Shown: positions 38,084 to 48,503, counted from the stretch's first letter. The stretch is DNA of 64,000 bases from Dehalococcoidia bacterium (GCA_965197645.1 OZ240219.1:1024001-1088000), one strand, 5' to 3'. The notes: generated by a model not told the origin, from the letters alone. Numbers and translations are program-made.

Positions 38084-39400
38084 CTACTTTCGAAGAGCTG
38101 TTTCCGTGGGTTCAACCCCATCTTCCTCTTTCTTGTTCGAGGCCAAGTTGGCCATTTTGAGGAAAGTCTGCCCGTGTTTGAGGCCTTCGGGGCTGTTCAG
38201 ATAGACGTCGCAGGTCAGGCAGCCGACGCGGGCTTCGGGCCTATCGCCATTCTTGAACAGGTTCCGAGCCGTCCTGTAATGAACGCCGTTCCATATCGAT
38301 TTGATGGAGCTTTCCTTGACGTTGCCAAAGTCGTCGTCGGCATCGGTGAGATAGCAGCAGGGGGCGTAGCCCCCGTCCCAGTTGACGACGGCGCTCCTCC
38401 ATAGCCTCCAGCACCTAGTGCCGTTCTCGTTGTAGGGCTTGTTCTGGGGGTTCTCCCGGCGGAACTCGGGAGTGTCGGTAGGCAGCCACTTTCTCGCCAA
38501 CTGGTCATCGCCCATGCCGTGGGGGAAATCTACCTTTTTGAAGACTATCTGATCGACCCCAACCTCTTTGGCCGCCCGCCGGGCATCGGCTATCTGCCCC
38601 TCGTTCTGCTTCATCACGATGAACTGCCATTCGATGTACGGCGTCTTGGACTTCAGCTCCTTCTTCTTCTCGACGAACATGCGGAGGTTACTCATCACCA
38701 TGGACAGATTGCCCTTGACCCGGTACTGCTCATACACCTCCTGGGTAACGCCGTCCAGCGAAACTATCATCACGTCCAGACCGGACTTTATGATCTCCTC
38801 GACCCGCTCGGGCTTGAGAGGCAGGCTCAGGTTGGTACTGATCATTGTGGCTATCTTCGCTTTGTGCGCGTAAGCGATGAACTTGGAGATCTGCTTGTTC
38901 AACAGGGGTTCCCCCCAGCTGTACAGGCTCAGCCACAGCACGTAGTCCTTGATCTCGTCGATGGTCTTGCGGAAGGTATCGAAGTGCATGATGCCCTTCA
39001 CTCTCCGGATGTTGTCCAGACCCGTGTGGCAAAGGGGGCACTTTAGCTGGCAGATGTTGGTGGTATCGATTTCCCATTCGTAGGGATATCCCCATACTCT
39101 GGCCATGCCCAGGAAAAGCTGAAGCTCTATGAGCCAGAAATTGATGAACCTGGACAGGGTGAGATGCTTGAATCCCAGCACCATGCGATGGGTGAACCTG
39201 CCTTCGGAAACGGACAGGGTCGTTTCTATCTTCTCGGGAATGAAGGAGGAGAGTCCGCGCCCTCTGACGATGGCCGCTATCGAGCGGATGAGGTTCAGGA
39301 GCGGCTTGAAGGGATCGACGTAGGTCCTTTGGATGTTCCGGGCTTTGGAGCCGGACTTTTTGCCGTTGACCGAGATCAAGGTATTTCCAGAGCCAAGCAC
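38084..39400 (-). CDS. Radical SAM protein with SPASM/twitch domain
   Basis: CQLKCPLC, WGEPLL, STN, SLDG, C-terminal CWRLW...PCC...CLTC. Confidence 0.9.
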   Translation of the reverse strand: MLGSGNTLISVNGKKSGSKARNIQRTYVDPFKPLLNLIRSIAAIVRGRGLSSFIPEKIETTLSVSEGRFTHRMVLGFKHLTLSRFINFWLIELQLFLGMARVWGYPYEWEIDTTNICQLKCPLCHTGLDNIRRVKGIMHFDTFRKTIDEIKDYVLWLSLYSWGEPLLNKQISKFIAYAHKAKIATMISTNLSLPLKPERVEEIIKSGLDVMIVSLDGVTQEVYEQYRVKGNLSMVMSNLRMFVEKKKELKSKTPYIEWQFIVMKQNEGQIADARRAAKEVGVDQIVFKKVDFPHGMGDDQLARKWLPTDTPEFRRENPQNKPYNENGTRCWRLWRSAVVNWDGGYAPCCYLTDADDDFGNVKESSIKSIWNGVHYRTARNLFKNGDRPEARVGCLTCDVYLNSPEGLKHGQTFLKMANLASNKKEEDGVEPTETALRK

Positions 39401-39465
39401 TCTACATTAGAGCGATCAGGAAGGGTCGACAGGAGGCGCTTAACGCTTTTGCCATCCGCGGGGCT

Positions 39466-39494
39466 ATGGTAATTCAGGGGTTGGGGGCTGTCAA
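39466..39494 (-). promoter_or_regulatory. Putative sigma70 promoter for the radical SAM gene
   Basis: TTGACA-17 nt-TACCAT on the minus strand. Confidence 0.5.
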
Positions 39495-39606
39495 GAAACG
39501 TCCCGGGGCTTGAGGCAGGTGCAAACCTAGCTGACCGCTACTTTGACAAATTGAACATGGCTACCATAGACTGGACGCCTGTACTACTGGGAGGTACAGG
39601 AAAAGG

Positions 39607-39816
39607 GTGAACATGCAGGAACGGATGGAGCACCTGGAAACCCTGTCCAACAACCACGAGAGGATGATCAACCTTCTCATCACCCTTAATGAACGGGTTG
39701 TCGACATGATCGAAGAACTTAGGGAAGAGGTCAAGAAGGTTACACGGACAGCCGACGCTGCGCAAAGGCTGTGGGTCAAAATGGCCGAAAAGCACGGTTG
39801 GCTGGACGAGGACTAG
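39607..39816 (+). CDS. Small coiled-coil hypothetical protein
   Basis: 69 aa amphipathic, heptad-like pattern; purine-rich leader; TTGACA at 39543. Confidence 0.6.
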   Translation: MNMQERMEHLETLSNNHERMINLLITLNERVVDMIEELREEVKKVTRTADAAQRLWVKMAEKHGWLDED

Positions 39817-40200
39817 GCTATCTTCCTAACCATCCACCGTATCTCCTGAAACTGCCCACTCAGCACCCTTGCCAGGGCCGTTGCCTGGAAGCTCAGCGCC
39901 GACATAAGAGCCTGCGGTGTGATCTGCCTGAGGCCCTGACACCGTACCGTTCCAGACGACGGGACTCCTTGAGGCTCTTGAATACCCGCTCGATTGTCGG
40001 GCGCTTGGAGTAGATGACCTTCCACTCAGGGCTGTCCCGCCGGAGGCGCCGAACAGCCGGATGTTCCGGCTCGGGTCCTCCTACAACCCGGAGTCGCAAT
40101 GGCGCACCCCACCCTTTACTGACCCTGCCAGGTGACAACCTCGGCACCGGTACAGGCGGCCCTTCCCAGGGTTGCTCCTGATGTACTTTACCAGGGCCGG
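39813..40200 (-). pseudogene. Degenerate transposase C-terminal fragment (DDE, IS4/IS5/IS1182-like)
   Basis: YSKRPTIERVFKSLKESRRLE (Y-x2-R-x3-E-x6-K signature); continuation GLRQITPQALMS in another frame; upstream LYRC..CHL..HCD in a third frame with an in-frame stop. Confidence 0.75.
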
Positions 40201-40264
40201 CCCACGTGGGATCGAACACGATTCTTCACACCCGCCCAACCGATTTGGAGAGAGCACAATTTCG

Positions 40265-40293
40265 TTGACGCCGTTTCCCGCGATTGGTAGAAT
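40265..40293 (+). promoter_or_regulatory. Putative sigma70 promoter for guaB3
   Basis: TTGACG-17 nt-TAGAAT with extended -10 TG. Confidence 0.6.
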
Positions 40294-40371
40294 TTCTTAT
40301 GGAGTCCCCCACTCCGATTCTCCGGCGCACCTACTATTGCACAGGACTTTTTCACGCCTCAGGAGGGCTTT

Positions 40372-41517
40372 GTGTACAACTCCAGCGTTAACGGTTTGCG
40401 GCATGCTTATGGCTTCGAAGACGTGGCCATCGTTCCCGGCGAAGTGACCATCAATCCCGACCTGACCAACACCGATTTCACCCTGGGTCAGCATACATTC
40501 TCCATACCCGTTCTGGCCTCGGCCATGGACGGCGCCGTCGACCCGAAGATGGCCATCAAGATGAACGATCTGGGTGGTCTGGCAGTTCTGAACCTGGAGG
40601 GTGTGCACGGGCGATACGAAAACCCCTACGAAGTCCTCGAGGAGATTTCGCAGGCTTCCGACGACTCTGTAACCGAGCTGATGCAGAAGGTCTACTCTCC
40701 TCCCGTAAACGACGATTTGGTGGCCCGTTCCGTCGAAACCTTCAAGAACGGCGGCGCCACCTGCGCCGTCTCGGTGACGCCACAGAACACCAAGCGGCTG
40801 GCTCCCGTAGTAGTCGAGGCCGGCGCCGACATTCTGGTCGTCCAGTCCACAGTGACCACGGCCAGACACGTATCCCGCAGTTACCGGGGTCTCATCTTTT
40901 CCGAGCTGTGCCAGCAGGTGCCCATCCCTGTGCTGGTCGGCAACTCCGTCGGATACAAGACTGCCCTCGAGCTTATGGAAACGGGTATAGCCGGGCTTCT
41001 CGTAGGCGTGGGGCCAGGAGCCGCCTGCACCAGCCGGGAGGTCCTCGGTGTCGGAGTGCCTCAGATAACAGCGACTATCGATTGTGCCGCAGCCCGGGAC
41101 GAGTACGCCCGGCGCACCGGCAGGTACGTAGCCGTCATCACGGATGGAGGCATAAGGACCGGCGGCGAGCTCTGTAAGGCGATGGTCGCCGGCGCCGACG
41201 CCGTGATGCTGGGCACCCCCTTCGCCCAGGCGGAAGAAGCCCCCGGAGGCGGATACAACTGGGGAATGGCTACCCCCCACGCCGCCCTCCCCCGAGGCAC
41301 CCGCATAAAAGTGGGTACCAGGGGCACGCTGGAGCAGCTGCTCTTCGGCCCCAGCTCCGTTACAGACGGCACCCAGAACCTGGTCGGAGCCCTCAAGACT
41401 ACCATGGGCATGTGCGGCGCGCTTACAGTCAAGGACCTGCACCGGGCCGAGATGATCGTCGCCCCGGCCATCAAGACCGAGGGCAAGATCTTCCAGATGC
41501 GCCAAGCCCTCGGCTAG
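40372..41517 (+). CDS. guaB3: GuaB3 family IMP dehydrogenase-related protein
   Basis: AYGFEDVAIVP, ASAMDG, VLNLEG, GVGPGAACTSREVLGVGVPQ, DGG, NWGMAT. Confidence 0.92.
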   Translation: MYNSSVNGLRHAYGFEDVAIVPGEVTINPDLTNTDFTLGQHTFSIPVLASAMDGAVDPKMAIKMNDLGGLAVLNLEGVHGRYENPYEVLEEISQASDDSVTELMQKVYSPPVNDDLVARSVETFKNGGATCAVSVTPQNTKRLAPVVVEAGADILVVQSTVTTARHVSRSYRGLIFSELCQQVPIPVLVGNSVGYKTALELMETGIAGLLVGVGPGAACTSREVLGVGVPQITATIDCAAARDEYARRTGRYVAVITDGGIRTGGELCKAMVAGADAVMLGTPFAQAEEAPGGGYNWGMATPHAALPRGTRIKVGTRGTLEQLLFGPSSVTDGTQNLVGALKTTMGMCGALTVKDLHRAEMIVAPAIKTEGKIFQMRQALG

Positions 41518-41663
41518 ACCGCTCCCGCCCTATCATTTCGATTCCTACGGGAAGCCCATGCCGAGCGCCTGCCCTACTGCTGAGAGGCCAGTAGAAGCTG
41601 ATTGACGGGACCGCGAAACAGAGGTGACGCCGGGAGGACGAAATGAACGCCTAGGCTTCGGGC

Positions 41664-42488
41664 CTATTTCTTCGGCCTGGCGGTGTAGTCCCCGAAGGGG
41701 CTGTCTCTCTTCATCAGCGCCGCCCTCAGTCCTTCATTCTCCGCCGTCTCCCGGAAGTTCCTGTTGGCGTTGGAGTGGTTCGTGATCAGCACCGTATCGA
41801 AGGCCATCTGCTGCGCCACCCGGTGTCCCATCAGGTCCATGACCTTGTTAATCAGCGACTTGTGAGGCATCAGCAGCTCCAGGGGCACGTTGGCTATGCG
41901 ACCTGCCAGCGTCTTCACCTCGGACTCCAGCTCCTCCGGCGGCGCCGCTTTCAAGACGAGTCCAATCCGTTCCGCCGTCTTTCCGTCGATGGGGTCGCCG
42001 GTAAGCATCATCCGCTTGGCCCACTGGGGCCCGACCAGGTAGGTCCACATATGGTTCTGCACCGATTCGATGCCCCGTACGTCGGGCAGGCCGAAGGTGG
42101 CGTTCTCGGCGGCAACGACGATGTCGCACGATAGGGCAAGGTCCGTCCCTCCGGCGAGACAGTAGCCGTGCACCTGGGCCACTATCGGCTTGGGACTGTT
42201 CCATATCTTCAGCCACTGGTTCGTGTTGACCCGAAACGCTAGAAACTTGGTGCCGAGGTTCTCGTCCCAGGGCTCCGCGCCCGGCGAGATATCGTATCCG
42301 GCCGAGAAGGCCCGGCCTGCAGCCTTCAAGATGACGGCTCGAACATCGTTGTCCGCGCTGGCCTCTTCGACGGCCGCAACTATGTCCGATACCAGGCCTT
42401 CGCTGAGGGCGTTCAGCTTGTCGGGTCGGTTCATGGTTATGGAGGCCACGTGGCCGTCCACTTCGTAGATCACGTTCTCGTATGGCAA
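41664..42488 (-). CDS. Enoyl-CoA hydratase/crotonase family
   Basis: MNRPDKLNAL, AFSAGYD, KPIVAQVHGYCLAGG; GGAGG before TTG. Confidence 0.9.
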   Translation of the reverse strand: MPYENVIYEVDGHVASITMNRPDKLNALSEGLVSDIVAAVEEASADNDVRAVILKAAGRAFSAGYDISPGAEPWDENLGTKFLAFRVNTNQWLKIWNSPKPIVAQVHGYCLAGGTDLALSCDIVVAAENATFGLPDVRGIESVQNHMWTYLVGPQWAKRMMLTGDPIDGKTAERIGLVLKAAPPEELESEVKTLAGRIANVPLELLMPHKSLINKVMDLMGHRVAQQMAFDTVLITNHSNANRNFRETAENEGLRAALMKRDSPFGDYTARPKK

Positions 42489-42630
42489 AACATACCTCCG
42501 TTGTAAGCGACTGGAAACGTCGTGAAATGGGAAATGGAAGATCAGGAGAGCGTCGGTAGTCTACACCTTGGGCCTCACCGGGAGAAGAGAGGACCGGCTG
42601 TTGGAGAAAGCTCTAGGGTGGAAACCCGTC

Positions 42631-43617
42631 CTACCTCGCCACTGCCCTCTTGTGCCTCTCCTGCAGAGTGAACGGCGTCTGCAGCGGCGCGATCACCTCT
42701 CGAGCCAGCAGCTCCACCTGCCGGTGCCACTCCTCGCCGTAGCACGCCGGATGCATCACAAACTTGGTGGCCCCGCCCGCAATATACTCCTCGATCCTGC
42801 TGCGAATCTGCTCGCCGGAACCGACGGCGCAGAACTCCGAGGCCGGAGCATCGTCGCGGAGATGCAGATGAGGTCCCGCCCGTTCCAGCCCCTCGCCCGG
42901 ATCAGTGGCGAACAGGAAGGGCAGATAGACGCCGTAGTGGTCTTCGGGCACGTGCCTGCCCTCTTCTGCGGCGTACCTCCTGATGGACTTTACCCCCTCG
43001 GTCACGTCCTTGACCGTCGCTCCCGATACCAGCCAGCCGTCACCGACGCGACCGACGCGGCGAAGAGCGGCGTCGGACCGGCCCCCTATCCACAACGGGG
43101 GCCCTTCCGGTCGATGCGGCTTCGGGGTCAGGGTAACATTCGACATCGAGTAGAACTCACCCTGGAAGGTGACGTTATCCTCGGTCCACAGCCTCCGCAT
43201 CAGCCTGATGGACTCGTCCGTTCGACGCCCCCGCTGCTCTTTTGGGACGCCCGTCGCGGCGAAGTCCCCAGAAATGGCGGGGCCAAGGCCCACCGCGGGC
43301 AGCAGCCGGCCACCCGATAGGAGGTCGAGGGTCGCCAGCTGTTTCGCCAGGACCACTGGGTTCCGCACCGGCAGCACCAGCACACTGGTGCCCAACAGCA
43401 TGTTCCGCATCCGGGAAGCAACGAAGGACATGAACACCACCGGCTCCAAGATGTTATCGGCCGAGGTGATGTGGTCGCTGAGCCACAGGGAATCGATGTC
43501 CAACTCCTCCCATCGTTCGATCATGTCCAGTATGGCGCCCGTGCTGATGTCGGGGAAGGGCCAAGCCCCCATGCCAATCCCGATGCGTATCTTCAAGTCT
43601 TCGTTGTCCAGCGACAT
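42631..43617 (-). CDS. LLM class flavin-dependent oxidoreductase
   Basis: DSLWLSDH, VLPVRNPVVLAKQLATLDLLSGGRL, PLWIGG..AALRRVGRVGDGW; ATG 43617. Confidence 0.9.
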   Translation of the reverse strand: MSLDNEDLKIRIGIGMGAWPFPDISTGAILDMIERWEELDIDSLWLSDHITSADNILEPVVFMSFVASRMRNMLLGTSVLVLPVRNPVVLAKQLATLDLLSGGRLLPAVGLGPAISGDFAATGVPKEQRGRRTDESIRLMRRLWTEDNVTFQGEFYSMSNVTLTPKPHRPEGPPLWIGGRSDAALRRVGRVGDGWLVSGATVKDVTEGVKSIRRYAAEEGRHVPEDHYGVYLPFLFATDPGEGLERAGPHLHLRDDAPASEFCAVGSGEQIRSRIEEYIAGGATKFVMHPACYGEEWHRQVELLAREVIAPLQTPFTLQERHKRAVAR

Positions 43618-43737
43618 CTCTGCTCCCGTACTCAATACCTGTGGCTTTCTCCTCCCGCGCCCGCCCATTATACAAGACTTTCGCGATAGCTCCCCCTTAC
43701 CTCCCACACCGTCACCTCATATACTTGTCCCGAGCTC

Positions 43738-44955
43738 ATGCGACCGGCAACTCTAGCCCTCATCGTCATGCTGGCAGCCTTCCTGTCTCTTGCAAGTTGC
43801 CGGCGAAGTGACGATTCGACGCCTCTCCCCACAAACGTGCCCGTAACGGAAGAGGCAGCCCAGACCGCGCCTGCAGCCACCCCCACGTCCACGCCTTCTC
43901 CCACTCCTACTCCCACACCAACGTCTACCGTGGCCCCATCCCCACCGGACCTCGTGCCCGCCGAGTTTGGGTTGCAGCTGCCCGAGGGATTCCACGTCCA
44001 GGTCTACACCTCCCGGGTTCCGAGACCCACCAGCCTGGCCTTCGCGCCCGACGGCACCCTGTACGTCAGCTCGGAGACCGGCCTGGTGATGAAGCTCGCC
44101 GACACAGATTCCGATGGAAAGCCGGATATCGTCGATCCCCTCAACCAGCGTTTCGTACTGCCTCTGGGGTTGGCGTTCTACGATGGCGCCCTCTACGTGT
44201 CGAGTCGCGGCAGGGTCCACACTTTGCGAGACACCGACGAAGACGGCGAATTCGATGAGGTGGAGGAGATCATATCGGACCTGCCGGTGGTTGGAGGCCA
44301 TCAGAACAACGGTCTCGCCTTCGGGCTTGATAGCAAGCTCTATATGAACCTCGGCTCCACCTGCAACGCCTGCATCGAGGTGGATGAACGCAACGCCACC
44401 ATCATGCGGTTCAACGCCGACGGCACGGATGGCACGGTTTACGCCAGCGGCCTCCGGAACGTCTACGATCTCGCCTTCCACCCCGAGGACGGCACACTGT
44501 GGGCCGCCGACAACGGCCGGGACGACCGGCCCAACCTGGTTCCGGAGGAGCTCAACCTGATAGTGGAAGGCGGAGACTACGGCTGGCCCCCCTGCTGGGG
44601 AGATGGGGGTGGGACGGGCTGTGAGGGTACCCTCCCGCCCATCGCCGAGATGGAGGCCCATGGCTCGGCCAACGGCCTGGCCTTCTACACCGGCGACATG
44701 TTCCCCGACGAGTACCGCAACAACATCTTCATCGCGCTGTGGGGTTCGCTATCCGGGGTGCATGGTCGTAAGGTCATGCGAATAGAGCTGACGAAACGGG
44801 ACGACACCTACGACGCCCGCGTCTCCGAGTTCATCCTCGGTCTGGACCGCCCGTTGGACGTGGTCGTGGCGCCCGACGGAGCACTTCTCATCGCCGACCA
44901 CCTTGCCAATGCCATATATCGAGTTTTCTACACAGACCCAACCGAAGGTGGGTAG
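43738..44955 (+). CDS. PQQ-dependent sugar/sorbosone dehydrogenase-like beta-propeller lipoprotein
   Basis: Lipobox LASC, Pro/Thr linker, GSTCNAC, SGLRNVY, DNGRD, PEELN, YGWP, RPLDV. Confidence 0.88.
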   Translation: MRPATLALIVMLAAFLSLASCRRSDDSTPLPTNVPVTEEAAQTAPAATPTSTPSPTPTPTPTSTVAPSPPDLVPAEFGLQLPEGFHVQVYTSRVPRPTSLAFAPDGTLYVSSETGLVMKLADTDSDGKPDIVDPLNQRFVLPLGLAFYDGALYVSSRGRVHTLRDTDEDGEFDEVEEIISDLPVVGGHQNNGLAFGLDSKLYMNLGSTCNACIEVDERNATIMRFNADGTDGTVYASGLRNVYDLAFHPEDGTLWAADNGRDDRPNLVPEELNLIVEGGDYGWPPCWGDGGGTGCEGTLPPIAEMEAHGSANGLAFYTGDMFPDEYRNNIFIALWGSLSGVHGRKVMRIELTKRDDTYDARVSEFILGLDRPLDVVVAPDGALLIADHLANAIYRVFYTDPTEGG

Positions 44956-44978
44956 GTGCTCCGGACCCGCCATCGACG

Positions 44979-45332
44979 TCACCCCTGCTGCAGCGCCACC
45001 GTCTCCTTCAAAATCGTCGCTACGACGTCCAGCGGCAGCTTCTCAAGCCTCGTGAAGCGGACACAGCTCTTGCCGATGCTCAGGTCCCCAAGCTCCTTCC
45101 GATGCTTGTCCACGAGGTCGACGTTCATGTACAGGCTCATGTAGCTCTTCTGCGACGCCATGGCGCACACTACGTGGTCGCCCAGCTCAAAGGTTGGCAT
45201 GCCGTACCGCATGGTCTCGGTGACGCCGGCGGCCGAACTCAGTATCAACTCTCTCACGGCTTCCAATGCTGCTTTGCGCTTCGGTCCCAGGCTGTTTATG
45301 TACTCAACCGCCGAGCCGGCTTTCGCAGACAC
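44979..45332 (-). CDS. DUF1801 family protein
   Basis: EYINSL, ETMRYGMPTF, ASQKSYMSLY, GKSCVRF; AAGGAG before GTG 45332. Confidence 0.85.
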   Translation of the reverse strand: MSAKAGSAVEYINSLGPKRKAALEAVRELILSSAAGVTETMRYGMPTFELGDHVVCAMASQKSYMSLYMNVDLVDKHRKELGDLSIGKSCVRFTRLEKLPLDVVATILKETVALQQG

Positions 45333-45461
45333 GCGTCTTCTCCTTGGCTCCCTCCAAATGCCGGGCAGTATAGCATCCAGCGCCCTCGAAGGCGCCTGGG
45401 GCATGGTATAATCAACTACAGTAACATCCACAGCCTGAAGCGGGCCCTGGGAGCGAAAGCC

Positions 45462-46583
45462 ATGCTAGAGATATTTCGAGAGGTGGACCAGATACTGAGT
45501 CGGGACGAGCCCTTCGCCCTGGCCACGGTCGTGAGGACCAAAGGCTCGACGCCCCAGAAGCCGGGCTCCAAGCTGCTGGTCCGGAAGGACGGCACCTTTA
45601 CCGGCACCCTGGGTGGCGGCTGCGTGGAAGCCGATGCCTTTACCGCCGCCAAGCTGGCCATGGAGGAGAAGGCCGCACCCGAGGTGCACAACTTCACCCT
45701 CAGCGACGAGTTGGCGCGACAGGACGGGCTGGTCTGCGGCGGCTCCATGGAGATTCTTATCGATAGGCCGGAAGAGGACCCGTTGTTCAACCAGTACACG
45801 ACCGATATCAACAACGCATACAGGGGTGGGCAGCCCGTGGCCCTGGCCGTGCTGACCGATCCCGGCAACACGGCAGCAACGGTGGGTTCCAAGCTGTTGA
45901 TCAGGGAAGACGGCTCCACCCTGGGCACATTGGGCGGCCCAACCCTCGATCTGTCCGCCCTGGACACGGCTCGAGAGATGATGGACTTCGGCCGAAGCGG
46001 TTTCATAGCCGGGCCCGATAAGTCGGAGATGTTTATCGAGGCCTTCACCCGGCCGCCAACGATAGTCATCGCCGGCGCGGGCCACGTCGCCCTCTCCATC
46101 TACCGGCTGGCCAGGTTCCTCAACTACCAGGTGGTCATAGTCGACGATAGACCCGAGTTCGCCAACCGGGACCGGTTCCCCGAGGCCCACGACATCGTCC
46201 CCAAGGACTTCGCCGAGGGTATCCGAGAGCTCAACATCACCCCCAACACCTTCATCATAGTGGCCACCAGGGGTCACAAGTGGGACGACATCGCCCTGCT
46301 GGAGGCGGCCCGGACCCCTGCACGGTACGTGGGACTGCTGGGCAGTAAGCGAAAGGCGATACTGATCTATCAACGCCTCTACGAGGAGGGCATCCCCCAC
46401 GACAGGATCCAGGAGATCCGCTCCCCAGTGGGCTTGAACTTCGGCGGCCGGTCCATCGAGGAGATCGCCCTCAGCATCGTGGCGGAGATCGAGATGCTGC
46501 GTCACGGCGGCGATGGTTCGATCATGAAAATGAGCGACAAGCTGGTCAACAAGGCAAGGGACAAGGCAGGTATCCCCGTCTGA
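45462..46583 (+). CDS. xdhC: XdhC/CoxI family Moco maturation factor
   Basis: LATVVRTKGSTP, GTLGGGCVE, LVCGG, GAGHV, ATRGH, YVGLLGS, SPVGL; duplicated CoxI domain. Confidence 0.92.
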   Translation: MLEIFREVDQILSRDEPFALATVVRTKGSTPQKPGSKLLVRKDGTFTGTLGGGCVEADAFTAAKLAMEEKAAPEVHNFTLSDELARQDGLVCGGSMEILIDRPEEDPLFNQYTTDINNAYRGGQPVALAVLTDPGNTAATVGSKLLIREDGSTLGTLGGPTLDLSALDTAREMMDFGRSGFIAGPDKSEMFIEAFTRPPTIVIAGAGHVALSIYRLARFLNYQVVIVDDRPEFANRDRFPEAHDIVPKDFAEGIRELNITPNTFIIVATRGHKWDDIALLEAARTPARYVGLLGSKRKAILIYQRLYEEGIPHDRIQEIRSPVGLNFGGRSIEEIALSIVAEIEMLRHGGDGSIMKMSDKLVNKARDKAGIPV

Positions 46584-47233
46584 CGACGATACCCCCTGGG
46601 CCCCATACGACGGCCATCCTGCTGGCTGCCGGCCTCTCGACCCGCATGGGCCGCAGCAAGGCGTTGCTTCCCTGGATTGACTCCACCCTCCTCGAGTACC
46701 AGCTTTGCCAGCTTATAGAATCCCGGGTCGAAGACATCATTCTGGTCCTTGGCCACAAGGCAGGCGAGCTCCGGGCCGTGGCGGCAAAGTTCCCCGAAGC
46801 GCTGATGGTCTTCAATCCGCTCTACCGCACCGGGCGAACATCGTCCCTGCTGGCCGGCATCTCGAAGGTAGCCCCTGAAACGGACGCGGTGCTGGTCTAT
46901 GGCGTCGATCAGCCCCGGCCGGCCTCCCTCATAGATGAGGTCATACAGGCCCATGCCGGCAATCCAACACCCATCACCATACCCACCTTCGAGGGCAAAC
47001 GGGGACATCCCGTCCTCTTCAGCTCCGCTATCTTGGACGAGCTTCGGCAGATTTCGGAGGAGAACCAGGGACTGAAACAGGTGGTCCGCCGAGACCCCGC
47101 CCGTGTCAGGGAGGTCGCAGTCTCCTCGCCAATGACCGTTCTGGACCTCAACACCCCGGAGGACTACCAACGGGGGCTGGAGATGGTCAAGGGATCCGGT
47201 CTCGACGTTGACAAACCTTCAGGCCGGACATAA
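46580..47233 (+). CDS. mocA: Molybdenum cofactor cytidylyltransferase-like nucleotidyltransferase (probable CTG start)
   Basis: AILLAAGLSTRMG lies upstream of the first ATG (46646); DQP, GHPV, DLNTPEDY; follows xdhC. Confidence 0.8.
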   Translation: MTTIPPGPHTTAILLAAGLSTRMGRSKALLPWIDSTLLEYQLCQLIESRVEDIILVLGHKAGELRAVAAKFPEALMVFNPLYRTGRTSSLLAGISKVAPETDAVLVYGVDQPRPASLIDEVIQAHAGNPTPITIPTFEGKRGHPVLFSSAILDELRQISEENQGLKQVVRRDPARVREVAVSSPMTVLDLNTPEDYQRGLEMVKGSGLDVDKPSGRT

Positions 47234-47277
47234 TGTAACTCCTACCGTCCCTTCTTGCACCGAAAGGAGTACCCGCT

Positions 47278-48492
47278 ATGACCATGGCTATGGCAGGCAT
47301 CAGAATCATCGATATGACCATCTGGCAGCACGGCCCCGTGTCAACCTGCATGCTGGCCGACATGGGGGCCGAGGTCATCAAGGTCGAGACTCGAGACACC
47401 GGCGACCCCGGCCGCTACCTCACCACCTGGACCTTCGACGACCCGGAGGACGATGACGAAGTACGCCTCAACTACTACTGGGAGAACAACAACCGGAACA
47501 AGAAGAGCCTCGCCATCGATCTCAAGACCGAGGAAGGCATGGAGGTCATGTACCGCCTCATCGAGAAGTCGGACGCCTTCGTATCCAACTTCCGGGAAAA
47601 GTCGTTGGTCAAGCTCGGCCTGGGCTACGAAAAGGTCCACGAGATAAACCCCAAGCTGGTCTACTCGCTGGGCTACGGTTTCGGCGCCCAGGGCCCGGAC
47701 GCGAGTCGTCCTTCCGCGGACCTGGGCGCCCAGGCCCGGGGAGGGATAATGAGCCAGTCCTTCTCCCCCGCGCCAAGATTGGTATGGGGCGGACTGGCCG
47801 ATCAGACCGGCGCCTTCATGCTTTGCCTCGGCACCACCATGGGACTACTCACCAGGGAGCGGACGGGGATCGGGCAGAAGGTGGAGGAGTCCCTCTTCGG
47901 CACCCAGCTGGCAGTGGGCGCTCTCATGGCCCAGGGCACACTGTTCTCCGGGCAGGTGCCGACGGAGTACACCAGGAAGGCTCTGAGTCCCTTCTGGAAC
48001 GTCTACAAGTGCAAGGACGATAAGTGGCTGGCTTTCTCGGTCCTGGAGCTGGACCGTTACTGGCCTATCCTCTGCAAGGTACTGGACCTGGAGTGGCTGC
48101 TGGAGGACCCCAGGTTCAAGGAGGGGAAAGACAGGGTAGAGACCCGCGCCAACGAGCTAATCGACATCCTCGACGACGCCATGGCCAAGAAGACACGGGC
48201 TGAATGGACCGATATCCTTAACGGTACCGACATCATCTGGGCCCCGGTCCAGGACTATGCTGAGGCCTTGAACGATCCCCAAGCAATCGAGAACGAGTAC
48301 GTGGTCGAGTACGATCACCCCAACGCGGGCAAGGTGAAGGTCCTGGGGCTGCCCCTCAGGTTCAGCGAAACTCCGGGCAAGGTGAGGAACCTGGCGCCGG
48401 AGCTAGGCCAGCACACCGAGGAGCTCCTGACCGAGACCCTCGGGTACACCTGGGACCAGGTGGAGTCCCTCAAGGGCAAAAAGGTTATCTAG
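47278..48492 (+). CDS. CoA-transferase family III (CaiB/BaiF)
   Basis: LADMGAEVIKVE, NRNKKS, GFGAQGP, ADQTG, APELGQHT. Confidence 0.92.
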   Translation: MTMAMAGIRIIDMTIWQHGPVSTCMLADMGAEVIKVETRDTGDPGRYLTTWTFDDPEDDDEVRLNYYWENNNRNKKSLAIDLKTEEGMEVMYRLIEKSDAFVSNFREKSLVKLGLGYEKVHEINPKLVYSLGYGFGAQGPDASRPSADLGAQARGGIMSQSFSPAPRLVWGGLADQTGAFMLCLGTTMGLLTRERTGIGQKVEESLFGTQLAVGALMAQGTLFSGQVPTEYTRKALSPFWNVYKCKDDKWLAFSVLELDRYWPILCKVLDLEWLLEDPRFKEGKDRVETRANELIDILDDAMAKKTRAEWTDILNGTDIIWAPVQDYAEALNDPQAIENEYVVEYDHPNAGKVKVLGLPLRFSETPGKVRNLAPELGQHTEELLTETLGYTWDQVESLKGKKVI

Positions 48493-48503
48493 GAGGGTAT
48501 CGT

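Noticed and set aside
43753-44661. Long antisense ORFs here and elsewhere (e.g. 40297..41505, 13408..14547, 45465..46505)
   Set aside because: Shadow ORFs typical of high-GC coding DNA, opposite well-supported genes.
45102-45461. N-terminal extension of XdhC (also of Tag 22291..22380 and BtuD 57916..58101)
   Set aside because: The extensions overlap neighbouring genes; downstream starts match domain boundaries.
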